Part shown: positions 10,001 through 20,176 of the stretch, piece after piece
Numbering within the stretch: position 1 is the first letter of the stretch
Layout: every line of letters begins with the position of its first letter
NCBI GenBank assembly: GCA_035271845.1
Contig: DATERF010000072.1
Span: forward strand, 1,878-65,877
Length of the DNA: 64,000 nt
Source: Candidatus Acidiferrum sp.
GTDB taxonomy: Bacteria > Acidobacteriota > Terriglobia > Acidiferrales > UBA7541
Reading direction: 5' to 3'
Translations under genes and position numbers: made by a program
Notes under the pieces: generated by a model
The model's database searches: none
What the model was told of the DNA's origin: nothing
The model's input: only the letters and a program-made list of their open reading frames with translations

Positions 10001-10033
10001 GATGAGTCTATCTGACTCATCAACATGAGTCAA
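10001..10033 (-). promoter_or_regulatory. Leaderless sigma70 promoter with overlapping inverted-repeat operators of the TA operon
   Basis: Minus strand reads TTGACT-17 nt-TAGACT-6 nt-ATG. ATGAGTC/GACTCAT occurs three times (10002-10008, 10014-10020, 10025-10031), forming two overlapping 8-bp inverted repeats. Confidence 0.75.
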
Positions 10034-10043
10034 TGAGAGAAGG

Positions 10044-12713
10044 CTATTCCAGCATTTGCCGGAGGACGTATGGGAGGATGCCACCGTGGCGGTAGTAGGA
10101 GACTTCTTCGGGGGTGTCGACGCGGATGCGCACCTTGAAAGTTTTCACCTTGCCATCGGCGGATTTTGCGTGGACGGTGGCTTCTTTCCGAGGAGTCAGC
10201 GTGGCTACGCCTTCGACGGCAAAGACTTCGTGGCCGGTCAGGCCTAGCGATTCGCGAGTTTCTCCGGGCAAAAATTCCAAAGGAAGGACGCCCATGCCAA
10301 CCAGATTGCTACGATGTATGCGCTCATAGCTTTCTGCCAGGACCGCACGGATGCCGAGCAGGCGCGTACCTTTAGCAGCCCAATCGCGGGATGAGCCGGA
10401 ACCGTATTCTTTCCCAGCGATGACCAGGAGGGGCACGCCCTCTTCGCGATATTTCACCGCGGCATCGTAGATAAACTCCTTTTCACCGTCAGGGAGGTGC
10501 AGCGTCCAGCTGCCTTCGGTGCCGGGGGCGAGTTGGTTGCGCAGGCGAATATTGGCGAAAGTGCCGCGCATCATGACTTCATGATTGCCACGGCGCGCAC
10601 CATAGGAATTGAATTCGTGGGGCTTTACGCCATGGGCGAGTAAATATTTTCCGGCGGGCGAATCGACGGCAATGGAACCGGCAGGAGAAATGTGGTCCGT
10701 GGTGACGCTGTCGCCGAGGACGGCCAGAACACGGGCCCCGGAAATGTCCGCGAGCACCGGTGGGTTCTTGGGCATGTTTTCGAAATAAGGCGGCAATTTG
10801 ATGTAAGTGGAGTTGGCATCCCACTTGTAGAGGTCGCCTTCCGGCACCTGCATGCCCTTCCAGTGGGCATCTCCTTCGAACACTTCGCTGTATTCCTTGC
10901 GGTATTGCTCGGTGGTGACGGCTGCGCGCACGGTTGATTCGACTTCCTGAGGAGTGGGCCAGATTTCGCGTAGATAGACGGGCTTGCCTGTGGAATCTGT
11001 CCCGAGCGATTCGGTAGTCAGATCTACGTCCATGCGTCCGGCGAGCGCGTAGGCGACGACCAATGGCGGAGAAGCAAGATAGTTCGCGCGGACGAGCGGA
11101 TGAACGCGTCCTTCGAAATTGCGATTGCCGCTAAGCACGGCTACGGCGACCATATTGTTTTCCTTGATGGCTGTGCCAATTGGCTCAGGCAGCGGGCCAC
11201 TGTTGCCGATACAGGTTGTACAACCGTAGCCGACCAGATGGAACTTCAGTTTTTCAAGATAGGACATTAAGCCGGAAGCTTGCAGATAATCGGTGACCAC
11301 TTTCGAGCCGGGCGCCAAACTGGTCTTTACCCATGGCTTCACTTGCAAGCCGCGCTCGACCGCTTTTTTCGCCAGCAGGCCAGCACCGAGCATCAGTGAC
11401 GGATTCGAGGTGTTCGTGCAACTGGTGATCGCAGCGATGACGACCGCGCCGCTGGAGAGAGGAAAGGCATCGCCATTGTTCTTCACTGCAACTTCCTTCG
11501 CGGGCGAGCCTTCCACGACTTTCGTGAACGACGACTTCGCATTTTTCAGCGAGACGCGATCTTGCGGGCGCTTGGGTCCAGCAACGGTGGGTTCAACGCT
11601 GCCAAGATCCAATTCCAGCTTGTCGCTGAAGAGCGGCTCGGGTGTGGAATCCGTGCGGAAGAGCGATTGTTCCTTGCAATACGCTTCGACGAGGGCAATC
11701 TGTTCGTGGCTGCGGGCGGTGAACCGCAAATACGCGAGGGTTTCGTCGTCGACGGGGAAGAAGCCCATGGTTGCGCCGTATTCCGGGGCCATGTTGGCGA
11801 TGGTGGCGCGGTCGGGAACGCTCAAGCTGGAAAGACCCGAACCGTAGAACTCCACGAATTTTCCAACGACACCCTTCCTACGCAGCATTTCTGTGACGGT
11901 GAGTACAAGGTCCGTAGCCGTCGAGCCCTCCGGCACACGTCCGTGAAGTTTGAAGCCGACTACTTCGGGAACGAGCATGGACAGTGGCTGGCCGAGCATG
12001 GCCGCCTCTGCTTCAATCCCTCCAACGCCCCAGCCGAACACGCCGAGCGAATTCACCATGGTGGTGTGAGAATCCGTGCCGACGAGCGAATCGGGGAAAG
12101 CTTCCAGGCGATTGCCGTTGGGCATGGAGCACACCACGCGCGCCAGATACTCGATGTTCACCTGATGGCAAATGCCAGTGTCTGGTGGAACGACTTTGAA
12201 ATTGCGGAAAGCGTTCTGTCCCCAGCGAAGAAACTGGTAGCGTTCGATGTTGCGTTGGAATTCCAGTTCGGCGTTGAGGCCGAAAGAATCGGTCTTACCA
12301 AAGCTGTCCACCTGAACGGAGTGGTCGATCACGAGTTCCGCAGGGAAGAGCGGATTGATGCGCTTGGGATTGCCGCCGAGTTTCTGCATGGCTTCGCGCA
12401 TGGTGGCCAGGTCGACGACCGCGGGCACTCCGGTGAAATCCTGCAGCAGAACACGCGCTGGCATGAAGGCCGTTTCTTTCTGCGGGCCATTGGGGGTCCA
12501 TTTGGACAGGGCGCGGATATCATCGGCATGGACGAAACGGCCGTCTTCACAGCGAAGAAGATTTTCGAGGAGGATGCGGAGGGAGAAGGGGAGATTGCTA
12601 ATGGGACCGAGACCTTGCAGTTCGAGCTTTTCCAGGCGATAAATTTCGAAGACTTGCGCGCCAACACTGAGTTTGTCGCGGGCGTTGAAGGAGTTTGCTG
12701 CGGAAATGGGCAT
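10044..12713 (-). CDS. acnA: Aconitate hydratase AcnA
   Basis: [60 protein letters not shown]. Start placed at ATG 12713 (MPISAANSF). Confidence 0.97.
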   Translation of the reverse strand: MPISAANSFNARDKLSVGAQVFEIYRLEKLELQGLGPISNLPFSLRILLENLLRCEDGRFVHADDIRALSKWTPNGPQKETAFMPARVLLQDFTGVPAVVDLATMREAMQKLGGNPKRINPLFPAELVIDHSVQVDSFGKTDSFGLNAELEFQRNIERYQFLRWGQNAFRNFKVVPPDTGICHQVNIEYLARVVCSMPNGNRLEAFPDSLVGTDSHTTMVNSLGVFGWGVGGIEAEAAMLGQPLSMLVPEVVGFKLHGRVPEGSTATDLVLTVTEMLRRKGVVGKFVEFYGSGLSSLSVPDRATIANMAPEYGATMGFFPVDDETLAYLRFTARSHEQIALVEAYCKEQSLFRTDSTPEPLFSDKLELDLGSVEPTVAGPKRPQDRVSLKNAKSSFTKVVEGSPAKEVAVKNNGDAFPLSSGAVVIAAITSCTNTSNPSLMLGAGLLAKKAVERGLQVKPWVKTSLAPGSKVVTDYLQASGLMSYLEKLKFHLVGYGCTTCIGNSGPLPEPIGTAIKENNMVAVAVLSGNRNFEGRVHPLVRANYLASPPLVVAYALAGRMDVDLTTESLGTDSTGKPVYLREIWPTPQEVESTVRAAVTTEQYRKEYSEVFEGDAHWKGMQVPEGDLYKWDANSTYIKLPPYFENMPKNPPVLADISGARVLAVLGDSVTTDHISPAGSIAVDSPAGKYLLAHGVKPHEFNSYGARRGNHEVMMRGTFANIRLRNQLAPGTEGSWTLHLPDGEKEFIYDAAVKYREEGVPLLVIAGKEYGSGSSRDWAAKGTRLLGIRAVLAESYERIHRSNLVGMGVLPLEFLPGETRESLGLTGHEVFAVEGVATLTPRKEATVHAKSADGKVKTFKVRIRVDTPEEVSYYRHGGILPYVLRQMLE

Positions 12714-12796
12714 TCTCAGCTTCCTTTCGGGGATAAATGGACTTCTATGATAACCGAAATCGCCGGTGCAAGCAGAGGCGGCTATAATGAGGCATC

Positions 12797-14242
12797 GTGA
12801 AGATTGTTCTGATCTCGACGTACGAGTTAGGGCGGCAGCCATTTGGGCTGGCCTCGCCGGCAGCGTGGCTGCACAAACGCGGGCATGAGGTGAAGTGCCT
12901 GGACTTGTCGCGAGAGCCATTGACCGAGGAGGCGATTCGCGAAGCAGGCCTGGTAGCATTTTATGTGCCGATGCACACGGCCACACGGCTGACGCTGGAA
13001 TTGTTGGAGTCTGTCCGGCGGATCAATCCCGCGGCGCATCTGTGCGCTTATGGACTGTATGCTTCGCTTTCCGCTGATATCTTGCACGCCCAAGGAATTG
13101 GCAGCCTACTAGGCGGCGAATTCGAGCAAGCGCTTGTGGATCTGGCCGAACATCTTTCCGGGCTCGTTGCCCAGCCGCAGATTCATCCGTTGGATTCGAA
13201 TGTCTCGTTGAGCAGATTGCGGTTTCAGGTGCCGGACCGTTCGGGGCTGCCGCCGCTGAGTTCCTACGCGCACCTGGTGCTTCCTTCCGGGGAGCATCGT
13301 GTTGTGGGCTACACGGAAGCTAGCCGAGGATGTAAACATCTCTGCCGGCATTGCCCTGTAGTGCCGGTGTACGAAGGGGTATTTCGCATTGTGGATCGAG
13401 AGGTGGTGCTTAGCGATGTCCGGCAGCAGGTAGTTGCAGGAGCTAAGCACATCACGTTTGGTGATCCCGATTTCTTCAACGGAGTGGGCCACGCCGTTCC
13501 GCTGGTGGAAGCGATGCATCGTGAATTTCCAGCACTGACGTATGACGTGACTATCAAGGTGGAGCATATCTTGCAGAATGCGGAGTTACTGCCTGCTCTG
13601 CGCGCCACAGGCTGTCTATTCATCATTTCGGCGGTGGAGTCCCTGGATGATGCGGTGTTGCTGAAACTCGAGAAGGGCCACACGCGGGCCGATTTTTTCC
13701 GAGCCATCGAACTGTGCCGGCACGCGGGAATCACGCTGCAGCCAACGTTCTTGCCATTTACGCCTTGGACCACGTTCGAACAACTGCTGGATTTATTTGA
13801 GCAGCTGTACCGGCTGAATTTGGTGGAAGCGGTTGGACCGATCCAACTGGCGATCCGGTTACTGATTCCGGCGGGGTCGCGACTGCTGGAGTTGGACGAA
13901 GTGCGGGAAATTGTGGGTCCGTTCGACGCACGGGCACTGGTGTATCCGTGGAAAAATGCAAATCCGGCTGTCGACCAACTATGCGAAGAGTTGCAGGACA
14001 TCGTTGCGACCAGCGAGAAATTGAAGCGTGGCCGGTCGGAAACATTTGAAAAGATGTGGCAAGCGTCGAGTCTTGCGGCGAATCGAAACGTCGAAAAACC
14101 TGTCCATCCTGTGCTGGCTTCGCGGGCGGCTGTGCCGTATCTGAACGAGCCCTGGTATTGTTGAGCGGAGCCAGCGCGGGACCAGTTGGTCCCCATCGCC
14201 AGAGCTAAGGAAGCAGTTCGGCAGGCGGAGACATTTTTGTAG
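12797..14242 (+). CDS. CUAEP/CCAEP-tail radical SAM selenoprotein (B12-binding-like N-terminal domain); Sec at UGA 14162-14164
   Basis: [11 protein letters not shown] CxxxCxxC motif. C-terminus reads [37 protein letters not shown](14240-14242). SECIS-like hairpin follows the UGA; readthrough brings the stop up to the next gene. Confidence 0.88.
14174..14199 (+). promoter_or_regulatory. Bacterial SECIS element (putative)
   Basis: GCG c GGGACC AGTT GGTCCC cat CGC: perfect 6-bp upper stem (14178-14183/14188-14193), 4-nt loop with G at position 2 followed by U, loop starting 20 nt after the UGA. Confidence 0.75.
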
Positions 14243-14262
14243 AAGTGTTGCGATTTAACCTG

Positions 14263-15573
14263 ATGACTCGAAGAAAAAGAATCCTGTTGTTCGCTACTAA
14301 GCTGGGCTATCAGACACGCTCGTTTCAATCCGCGGCGGAGAAGCTAGGCGTGGAGATCGCGTATGTAACTGACCGGTGCGGCCGGCTGGATGATCCGTGG
14401 AACGATCACGCGTTGGCGGTGCACTTCGAGCTTCCGGAAGGCGCGGCGGGCCGGGTGCTGGAGGCGGAGCGAGGACATACTGTGGACGGCGTGTTGGCCG
14501 TGGGCGACCGACCGACGATTGCGGCAGCGTACGTCGCGCGGGGATTGGGACTGGCACACAACCATCCGGCAAGCGTGGAGGCGTGCCGCAGCAAGTTGCG
14601 GGCCCGGGAAGTGCTGCGCGATGCGGGTGTGCCGGTGCCGTGGTTTCGGAGTGTGAAGCTGGAGCCACTGCCCGAACCGTCGCTGCTAGGGATTCGGTAC
14701 CCGTGCGTGCTGAAACCACTTTCCCTCTCTGCAAGCCAGGGCGTCGTGCGGGTGAACAATCGCGAAGAGTTTCTGGCGGGTGCGGCGCGACTGAAACGCT
14801 TGCTGGATTCTGCGGAGATTCGCGCGACTCGCGAGTCGAACCTCGATCAGATGCTGGTGGAAGGCTATCTGGAGGGCAGGGAAGTGGCAGTGGAAGCGCT
14901 GCTCACCCGCGGAGAACTGCGCGTGTTGGCGATTTTTGATAAGCCCGATCCGCTGGACGGGCCATACTTCGAAGAATCGATCTATGTGACGCCGTCGCGG
15001 CTGCCGTCTGCACACCAGCGCGATATCGAGCAATGGTTGCACAGTGCGGTGGGTGCGCTTGGGCTCTCCCATGGTCCCGTTCACGCGGAGTTCCGACTGA
15101 ATCCACAGGGGGTGTGGCCGATTGAGATTGCACCCCGGCCGATTGGGGGGCTTTGCGCGCGGGCATTGCGTTTTGTTGCAGCCAATGAAGGGAACATCGG
15201 CCTCGAGGAACTTTTGTTGCGCCACGCGTTGGAAATGCCAGGGAGCGATGCGTCGCGCGAATCGGAGGCTTGTGGAGTGATGATGATTCCCGTGCCGCGG
15301 AGCGGGATCCTGGAAAAAGTGGAAGGGACGATAGAGGCACAAGCGACGGTGGGTATCACGGACTTGGAAATCACAGCGCGTCTGCATGACTTCATCGCGG
15401 CGTGGCCGGAAGGGTCGAGCTACCTGGGATTCTTGTTCGCGCGCGCCGCCGGGCCGGCCGAAGTGGAAGATGCGCTGCGTACTGCGCATCGAAAGCTGCG
15501 CTTTACGTTAACGCCGCGGTTGCCTGTCGAGCATCCGTTAAGCCACACGGTCCCGCCGGCGGACTGTGCATAA
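14263..15573 (+). CDS. ATP-grasp domain protein (L-amino acid ligase-like)
   Basis: CRSKLRAREVL, YPCVLKPLSLSASQGV, LVEGYLEGREVAVE, GPVHAEFRL, IEIAPRPIGG. Alternative GTG start at 14245. Confidence 0.88.
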   Translation: MTRRKRILLFATKLGYQTRSFQSAAEKLGVEIAYVTDRCGRLDDPWNDHALAVHFELPEGAAGRVLEAERGHTVDGVLAVGDRPTIAAAYVARGLGLAHNHPASVEACRSKLRAREVLRDAGVPVPWFRSVKLEPLPEPSLLGIRYPCVLKPLSLSASQGVVRVNNREEFLAGAARLKRLLDSAEIRATRESNLDQMLVEGYLEGREVAVEALLTRGELRVLAIFDKPDPLDGPYFEESIYVTPSRLPSAHQRDIEQWLHSAVGALGLSHGPVHAEFRLNPQGVWPIEIAPRPIGGLCARALRFVAANEGNIGLEELLLRHALEMPGSDASRESEACGVMMIPVPRSGILEKVEGTIEAQATVGITDLEITARLHDFIAAWPEGSSYLGFLFARAAGPAEVEDALRTAHRKLRFTLTPRLPVEHPLSHTVPPADCA

Positions 15574-15632
15574 ATGCGCAGACAAGAAACCGCATAAGAG
15601 CAAACTGAGTGTGGAGATTGAAACGGAACGCT

Positions 15633-15965
15633 CTACCCCTTGGCTTTGGGAGGGACGTATCCTTCGGGCAGTTTCGCGCCTTCACCAAAGAAGAACTGCT
15701 CCATCTGTTCTTCCATAACCTTCTGAGAATTGGGGTCCAGGGGATTCAGACGGTATTCGTTCATCACCATCTTGGAGTATTCCACCCAAAGTTTCCATGC
15801 ATCTTTAGAGACGTTCTCATAGACGCGCTTGCCGAGTTCGCCTTTCCAGGGGACGCGGTCCAGCCCTGGCAGTTCCTTGCCGAATTTTACGCAGTGCACC
15901 ATGCGCGTCCCTGGCTTCACAGGTTCGCTGGCCGATGGTGTTGGTTCACAGGACTCGTTTGCCAT
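15633..15965 (-). CDS. yggX: Fe(II)-trafficking / oxidative damage protection protein
   Basis: RMVHCVKFGKELPGL...GELGKRVYENVSKDAWKLW...MNEYRLN...MEQFFFG...PEGYVPP. Confidence 0.92.
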   Translation of the reverse strand: MANESCEPTPSASEPVKPGTRMVHCVKFGKELPGLDRVPWKGELGKRVYENVSKDAWKLWVEYSKMVMNEYRLNPLDPNSQKVMEEQMEQFFFGEGAKLPEGYVPPKAKG

Positions 15966-16180
15966 GCACGCCTCCCCGAAAGCATTCATTGTCCTTCACC
16001 TATGTTTCGCTTGCAATAGAACGCCAAAATCTATAGGATTTGTAAAGTAAGTGAAAAGTATACCTTTACGCGCTCCTTAAAATTATCACTGCTGTTCCGT
16101 CGTTTCCGCTCACGATTGCCGCCCGAGAACTGAATCGGTCAAGTAGAGATATGAAGTGACGAGATCGACTTGGTGGCACA

Positions 16181-17869
16181 GTGCGCAAACAATTTATTTT
16201 TGCAGGCCGGCTGCAAGGCAAGTTTCAGCAGGAACTCCAGAACATCCTGATTGGGCGGCTCGTGGAGCGGTTATGGTCCAGAGACGCGAGCCTGTGGCCG
16301 AAGGAGTTGATCGACCGGGATTCCGCACTTGCGAAGATGGAGTGGCTCGCGCTGCCCGAAGCAATGGAGCAATTCCTCGAACTCGTAAGAGGACTCGTGC
16401 AAGGAGCCGACGCGGAAGGCCTGGTCGATCATGCCCTGCTGACCTCGGAGAGTGTCAATCTCTGCGCGAGGGCATTCCTTGGGCTCCCCGGCATTCCCTT
16501 CGCACGCAAAATTTTGGTTTTCGACAGCATCTCTCCGGAGGCCATCCAGGAGAACGAAGCAGGAATGGATCTCAGCCGGACGCTGTTTGTCCTGGCCAAC
16601 AAAGAGCATTATGAGTTGAAGGATCACTGCCTATTTCTTTATTTCCGCGAAAAATTGCAGGCCATCGAAGGTGCGTGCGCGTCGCGGCACTTTGTGTCGC
16701 AAGCTGAATCGCGCTCATACCTTGCCGGCCTCAGCCGGGAATACACTTTTCGAGATTTTGTCCACGATCCGCCGGCGATCCCATCCGCTTATTGTTCACT
16801 CAGGCAGTTCGGCGCGGTGCTGATTGCCATTCACGCCGCAGACCCGGAGCGAATGCAGAACGCAATAAACCAGGTTCGTGGCGCTTGCAGCGCAATCACT
16901 CCACCAGACTCGAACCCCGCGTTGCAGATGGCCGCATTCCTTTCTTCCGTTATTGCGGACCACTGCGGGTACTTGGCATTTCTGGCGTCGCCGTCGTTGA
17001 TGGCCTATCCCCACCGGCTAGGGCAATTGTTCGGTGCTAGCTTGGCACGGGAAAGTCGCGGCCTGATCCCGCTGACCGAGATCGACCCAAGGGACGCGTC
17101 GGCCATAGAGAGCGATACGGCATTTGTGCTGTTGTCTTACGCAGGTGACCCGGATGAGGAAATTGACAAGGCCTCTACCGGTTTCCGAGCGAACCAAACT
17201 CCCTTCCTGCATGTAGAAATGGCGCAGCCGCTGGACCTTCTGACGGAAACCTATCAGTGGGAAATCGCGACAATCCTGGCGTGCGCCCGGCTGGGGACCG
17301 ACCCATTCGACGTGGCGGACAATCGTGTGCCGCGCGCGTTTAGCGACGAAATCCTGGAGCAACTTTCGCGGGGAGAAAACGCGTTGCAGCGGTCACCGCG
17401 ACTGACGGACGGGCGAATTCAGCTCTTCGCCGGGAAGGCCACCCGTCAGGAAATCTCAATGTTGAGCCTGTCTGAAGCGCTGCGAACGTTTCTGCGTATC
17501 GCCACTCCCGGAAGACATGTAAGTCTGCTTGTAAATCTGGGTGGCACACGAGAGGTTCGTGCTAAGTTCCATGCGCTTCGCAGCAAACTCACCATCGCAT
17601 TGCAAAGGCCGGTGGTAATGGTGTTTGGCCCGCACGCCCCGGAACACACCGGGTATTTCTTTCGTGATTCATTGCCGTACGGCCCTTGCATCGTGGGGGC
17701 GCATTACAGGTTTGGACAGTTCTATCAAGCCCTCGCTCTCAGCGAATATGACACCATAGAGCACCAGCAGCACCCGGTGATTCGTTTGCACCTTGCCCGC
17801 GACTTTCCCGAGGCTCTGGACCAATTGCTTCATGTCTTCGAGCAGGCACTGCACCGGTTTCCATCGTGA
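16181..17869 (+). CDS. Glucose-6-phosphate isomerase-fold (SIS) protein lacking catalytic motifs
   Basis: Scaffold of the Tal-Pgi type PGI domain (RLWSRDASLW, LVFDS..P, TLFVL, NPALQMA, WEIAT...LGTDPFD, PVIRLHL), but GMGGS, SKSGxT, GGRYS and QLxAESxGK are all replaced. Confidence 0.7.
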   Translation: MRKQFIFAGRLQGKFQQELQNILIGRLVERLWSRDASLWPKELIDRDSALAKMEWLALPEAMEQFLELVRGLVQGADAEGLVDHALLTSESVNLCARAFLGLPGIPFARKILVFDSISPEAIQENEAGMDLSRTLFVLANKEHYELKDHCLFLYFREKLQAIEGACASRHFVSQAESRSYLAGLSREYTFRDFVHDPPAIPSAYCSLRQFGAVLIAIHAADPERMQNAINQVRGACSAITPPDSNPALQMAAFLSSVIADHCGYLAFLASPSLMAYPHRLGQLFGASLARESRGLIPLTEIDPRDASAIESDTAFVLLSYAGDPDEEIDKASTGFRANQTPFLHVEMAQPLDLLTETYQWEIATILACARLGTDPFDVADNRVPRAFSDEILEQLSRGENALQRSPRLTDGRIQLFAGKATRQEISMLSLSEALRTFLRIATPGRHVSLLVNLGGTREVRAKFHALRSKLTIALQRPVVMVFGPHAPEHTGYFFRDSLPYGPCIVGAHYRFGQFYQALALSEYDTIEHQQHPVIRLHLARDFPEALDQLLHVFEQALHRFPS

Positions 17870-17942
17870 GTTTGAACGTTTTTTTCCTTCCGTCACAGAC
17901 GCGAATCTGATATTCCTCGTGGGCGCTCCCGGAGGTCATTTT

Positions 17943-18554
17943 GTGCCAGAGATAACTACAGTATTTTGGGACATTGGCGGGGTGATACTGACGAACGGAT
18001 GGGACCACGATTCGCGCATGGAAGCAGCCCAGATGTTTGGTCTGGACTGGGAGGAGTACCGGGAACGTCACGATCTGTCGTTCCCCGCATTTGATGCCGG
18101 GCAGATCACGCTCAACCAGTATCTGGATCGCACCCTTTTCTACCGGCCGCGCTCCTTTACCCGGGAAGAGTTTACGGCGTTTATGTTTGCGCAGTCCAAG
18201 GAATATCCGGAAACGCGCGCGGTACTTTCCGATGTGGCGCGGAGTGGAAAATACTATGTGGCGTCCGTTAACAATGAGCCGCGGGAGCTGAACCAATACC
18301 GGATTGAGGCGTTCGGCCTGCGCAAGGAGTTCCAGGCATTTTTCAGCTCCTGCTACTTAGGTGCGCGGAAGCCTGAAGAAACCATTTACCGGATCGCTCT
18401 AGAGGTCACTCAGCGTGCTCCCGAGCGTTCCGTCTTCATTGACGACCGCACTTTGAACCTGGAAAATCCCCGGCGGCTGGGAATGCAGGTGGTTCACCAC
18501 CAGAATGCAAAGCAACTACGGAATGACCTGAAAGCCCTGGGGATTGAGGTATAG
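17943..18554 (+). CDS. HAD superfamily phosphatase
   Basis: VFWDIGGV motif I, RKPEETIY, VFIDDR. GTG 17943 follows a GGAGG RBS. Confidence 0.9.
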   Translation: MPEITTVFWDIGGVILTNGWDHDSRMEAAQMFGLDWEEYRERHDLSFPAFDAGQITLNQYLDRTLFYRPRSFTREEFTAFMFAQSKEYPETRAVLSDVARSGKYYVASVNNEPRELNQYRIEAFGLRKEFQAFFSSCYLGARKPEETIYRIALEVTQRAPERSVFIDDRTLNLENPRRLGMQVVHHQNAKQLRNDLKALGIEV

Positions 18555-18608
18555 TTCTGAAGCGCTTGGGCATCCAATTCTTGCTTATCGATACCTCGGA
18601 GGAAAACC

Positions 18609-20132
18609 ATGGCTGAAGAGACTGCGCGGCGCGGGTCCATCTATGCGGGAGCGGCAGAGCCCTGCGCGATCATCTTATTTGGCGCTTCGGGGGATCTGGC
18701 CAAGCGCAAGGTGATTCCCGCGATGTACGACCTGGTGCAACATAATTCCCTGGGTGAACGATACGCTATCCTTGGATTTGCCCGTACACCGATGACGGAC
18801 GATTCGTTTCGGAGCACGATCGCGGAGGCGGCCACCACGATTTCTGAGGTTGGCCCGATCGAGCCGGCCAAGTGGGACGCGTTTGCTTCCAACCTTTACT
18901 ATTCTCCCGGCGATTATGCAGATCCGGAATCGTACACAAAATTGGCAAAACGGCTGGCGGAACTGGATGCGGAAAAGAAACTGAACGGGAACCGCCTGTT
19001 CTATTTGTCCACGCCGCCTGAGGTCTATCAAGATATTGTCGAGAATCTGGGCAAGGCGGGGCTCGCGAAGCCTTCCGCGCCTGGTTCCTGGACGCGCATC
19101 ATTATTGAAAAGCCCTTTGGGCGCGATCTGGCGTCCGCGAAAGAACTGAACAAAATTGTCTTGAACGTTTTCGAGGAGAAGCAGGTGTATCGCATCGATC
19201 ATTACCTAGGAAAAGACACGGTACAGAATCTGCTGGTACTGCGTTTCGGCAACGGCATATTTGAGCCGCTGTGGAACCGGAATTATGTCGATCACGTGCA
19301 GATTACGGCTTCGGAGACGCTGGGGGTAGAACGCCGCGGAGGCTTTTATGAAACCGCTGGCGCCCTGCGGGACATGATTCAGAGCCATGTGCTGCAACTG
19401 ACGTCGCTGGTGGCAGTAGAGCCGCCGGCATCGTTTGATGCGAATGCCGTGCGCAACGAGAAGCTCAAGGTGCTGCAGTCTATCCGGCCGTTCAATTTGG
19501 AAATGGTGGCGCAATCGGTAATCCGCGGGCAATATTCTCCGGGGAAATTGGGCGATAAGGCGGTGGAGGGTTACCGCGACGAGCCCCATGTGAGCCCGGG
19601 CTCGCGAACGGAAACATTCGTCTCTATGCGCGTGCTGATCGATAACTGGCGCTGGGCGGGAGTGCCGTTTTACTTGCGTACGGGAAAGCGCCTGGCCAAG
19701 CGAACAACGGAAATCATGATTCAGTTTAAGCGCGCACCGCACATTGTTTTCCGGGAAAAGGATGTGCAAGCCAACCGGCTCGTGCTGAATATCCAGCCGG
19801 CTGAAGGAATCTGCATTTCCTTTGGCGCCAAGAAGCCCGGCACGGAAATGAACATCGGTAATGTGGCCATGGATTTCAATTACATCAAGGCATTTGGAAA
19901 TGGATCGCGAAGCGCCTACGCCACACTATTGAATGATTGCTTGCGGGGAGATGCGACATTGTTTGACCGCGGTGACTCTGTGGAAGCGGCGTGGTCGCTG
20001 ATCGAGCCGATCCTGGATGTATGGAGCGCGGCCAAGACTGCAACCGTTCCGGAGTACCCCTCTGGCAGCTGGGGGCCGAAGGAATCGGACCAACTGCTCG
20101 AAAGAGACGGAAGACAGTGGTATAACCCTTAA
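18609..20132 (+). CDS. zwf: Glucose-6-phosphate 1-dehydrogenase
   Basis: GASGDLAKRK, EKPFG, RIDHYLGK, RWAGVPFYLRTGKR. Confidence 0.97.
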   Translation: MAEETARRGSIYAGAAEPCAIILFGASGDLAKRKVIPAMYDLVQHNSLGERYAILGFARTPMTDDSFRSTIAEAATTISEVGPIEPAKWDAFASNLYYSPGDYADPESYTKLAKRLAELDAEKKLNGNRLFYLSTPPEVYQDIVENLGKAGLAKPSAPGSWTRIIIEKPFGRDLASAKELNKIVLNVFEEKQVYRIDHYLGKDTVQNLLVLRFGNGIFEPLWNRNYVDHVQITASETLGVERRGGFYETAGALRDMIQSHVLQLTSLVAVEPPASFDANAVRNEKLKVLQSIRPFNLEMVAQSVIRGQYSPGKLGDKAVEGYRDEPHVSPGSRTETFVSMRVLIDNWRWAGVPFYLRTGKRLAKRTTEIMIQFKRAPHIVFREKDVQANRLVLNIQPAEGICISFGAKKPGTEMNIGNVAMDFNYIKAFGNGSRSAYATLLNDCLRGDATLFDRGDSVEAAWSLIEPILDVWSAAKTATVPEYPSGSWGPKESDQLLERDGRQWYNP

Positions 20133-20176
20133 AACGGTTTAATATAAGGGTTAGAGGGTTTTGGCCGGGAGGCAAG

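Noticed and set aside
11562-12800. Long plus-strand ORF (412 aa), and similar long ORFs at 483-1511, 13309-14328 and 36229-37521
   Set aside because: Antisense shadows of well-supported genes, typical of GC-rich DNA; no recognisable motifs.
12714-12986. N-terminal extension of AcnA in the ORF track (likewise for LacI, HAD, mmsA, the MFS transporter and the S9 peptidase)
   Set aside because: Overlaps neighbouring genes or lacks homology-like sequence; downstream starts fit family N-termini and RBS positions better.
12797-14164. Radical SAM ending at TGA 14164, as in the ORF track
   Set aside because: The C-U-AEP motif, SECIS-like hairpin and spacing to the next gene favour Sec readthrough to 14242.
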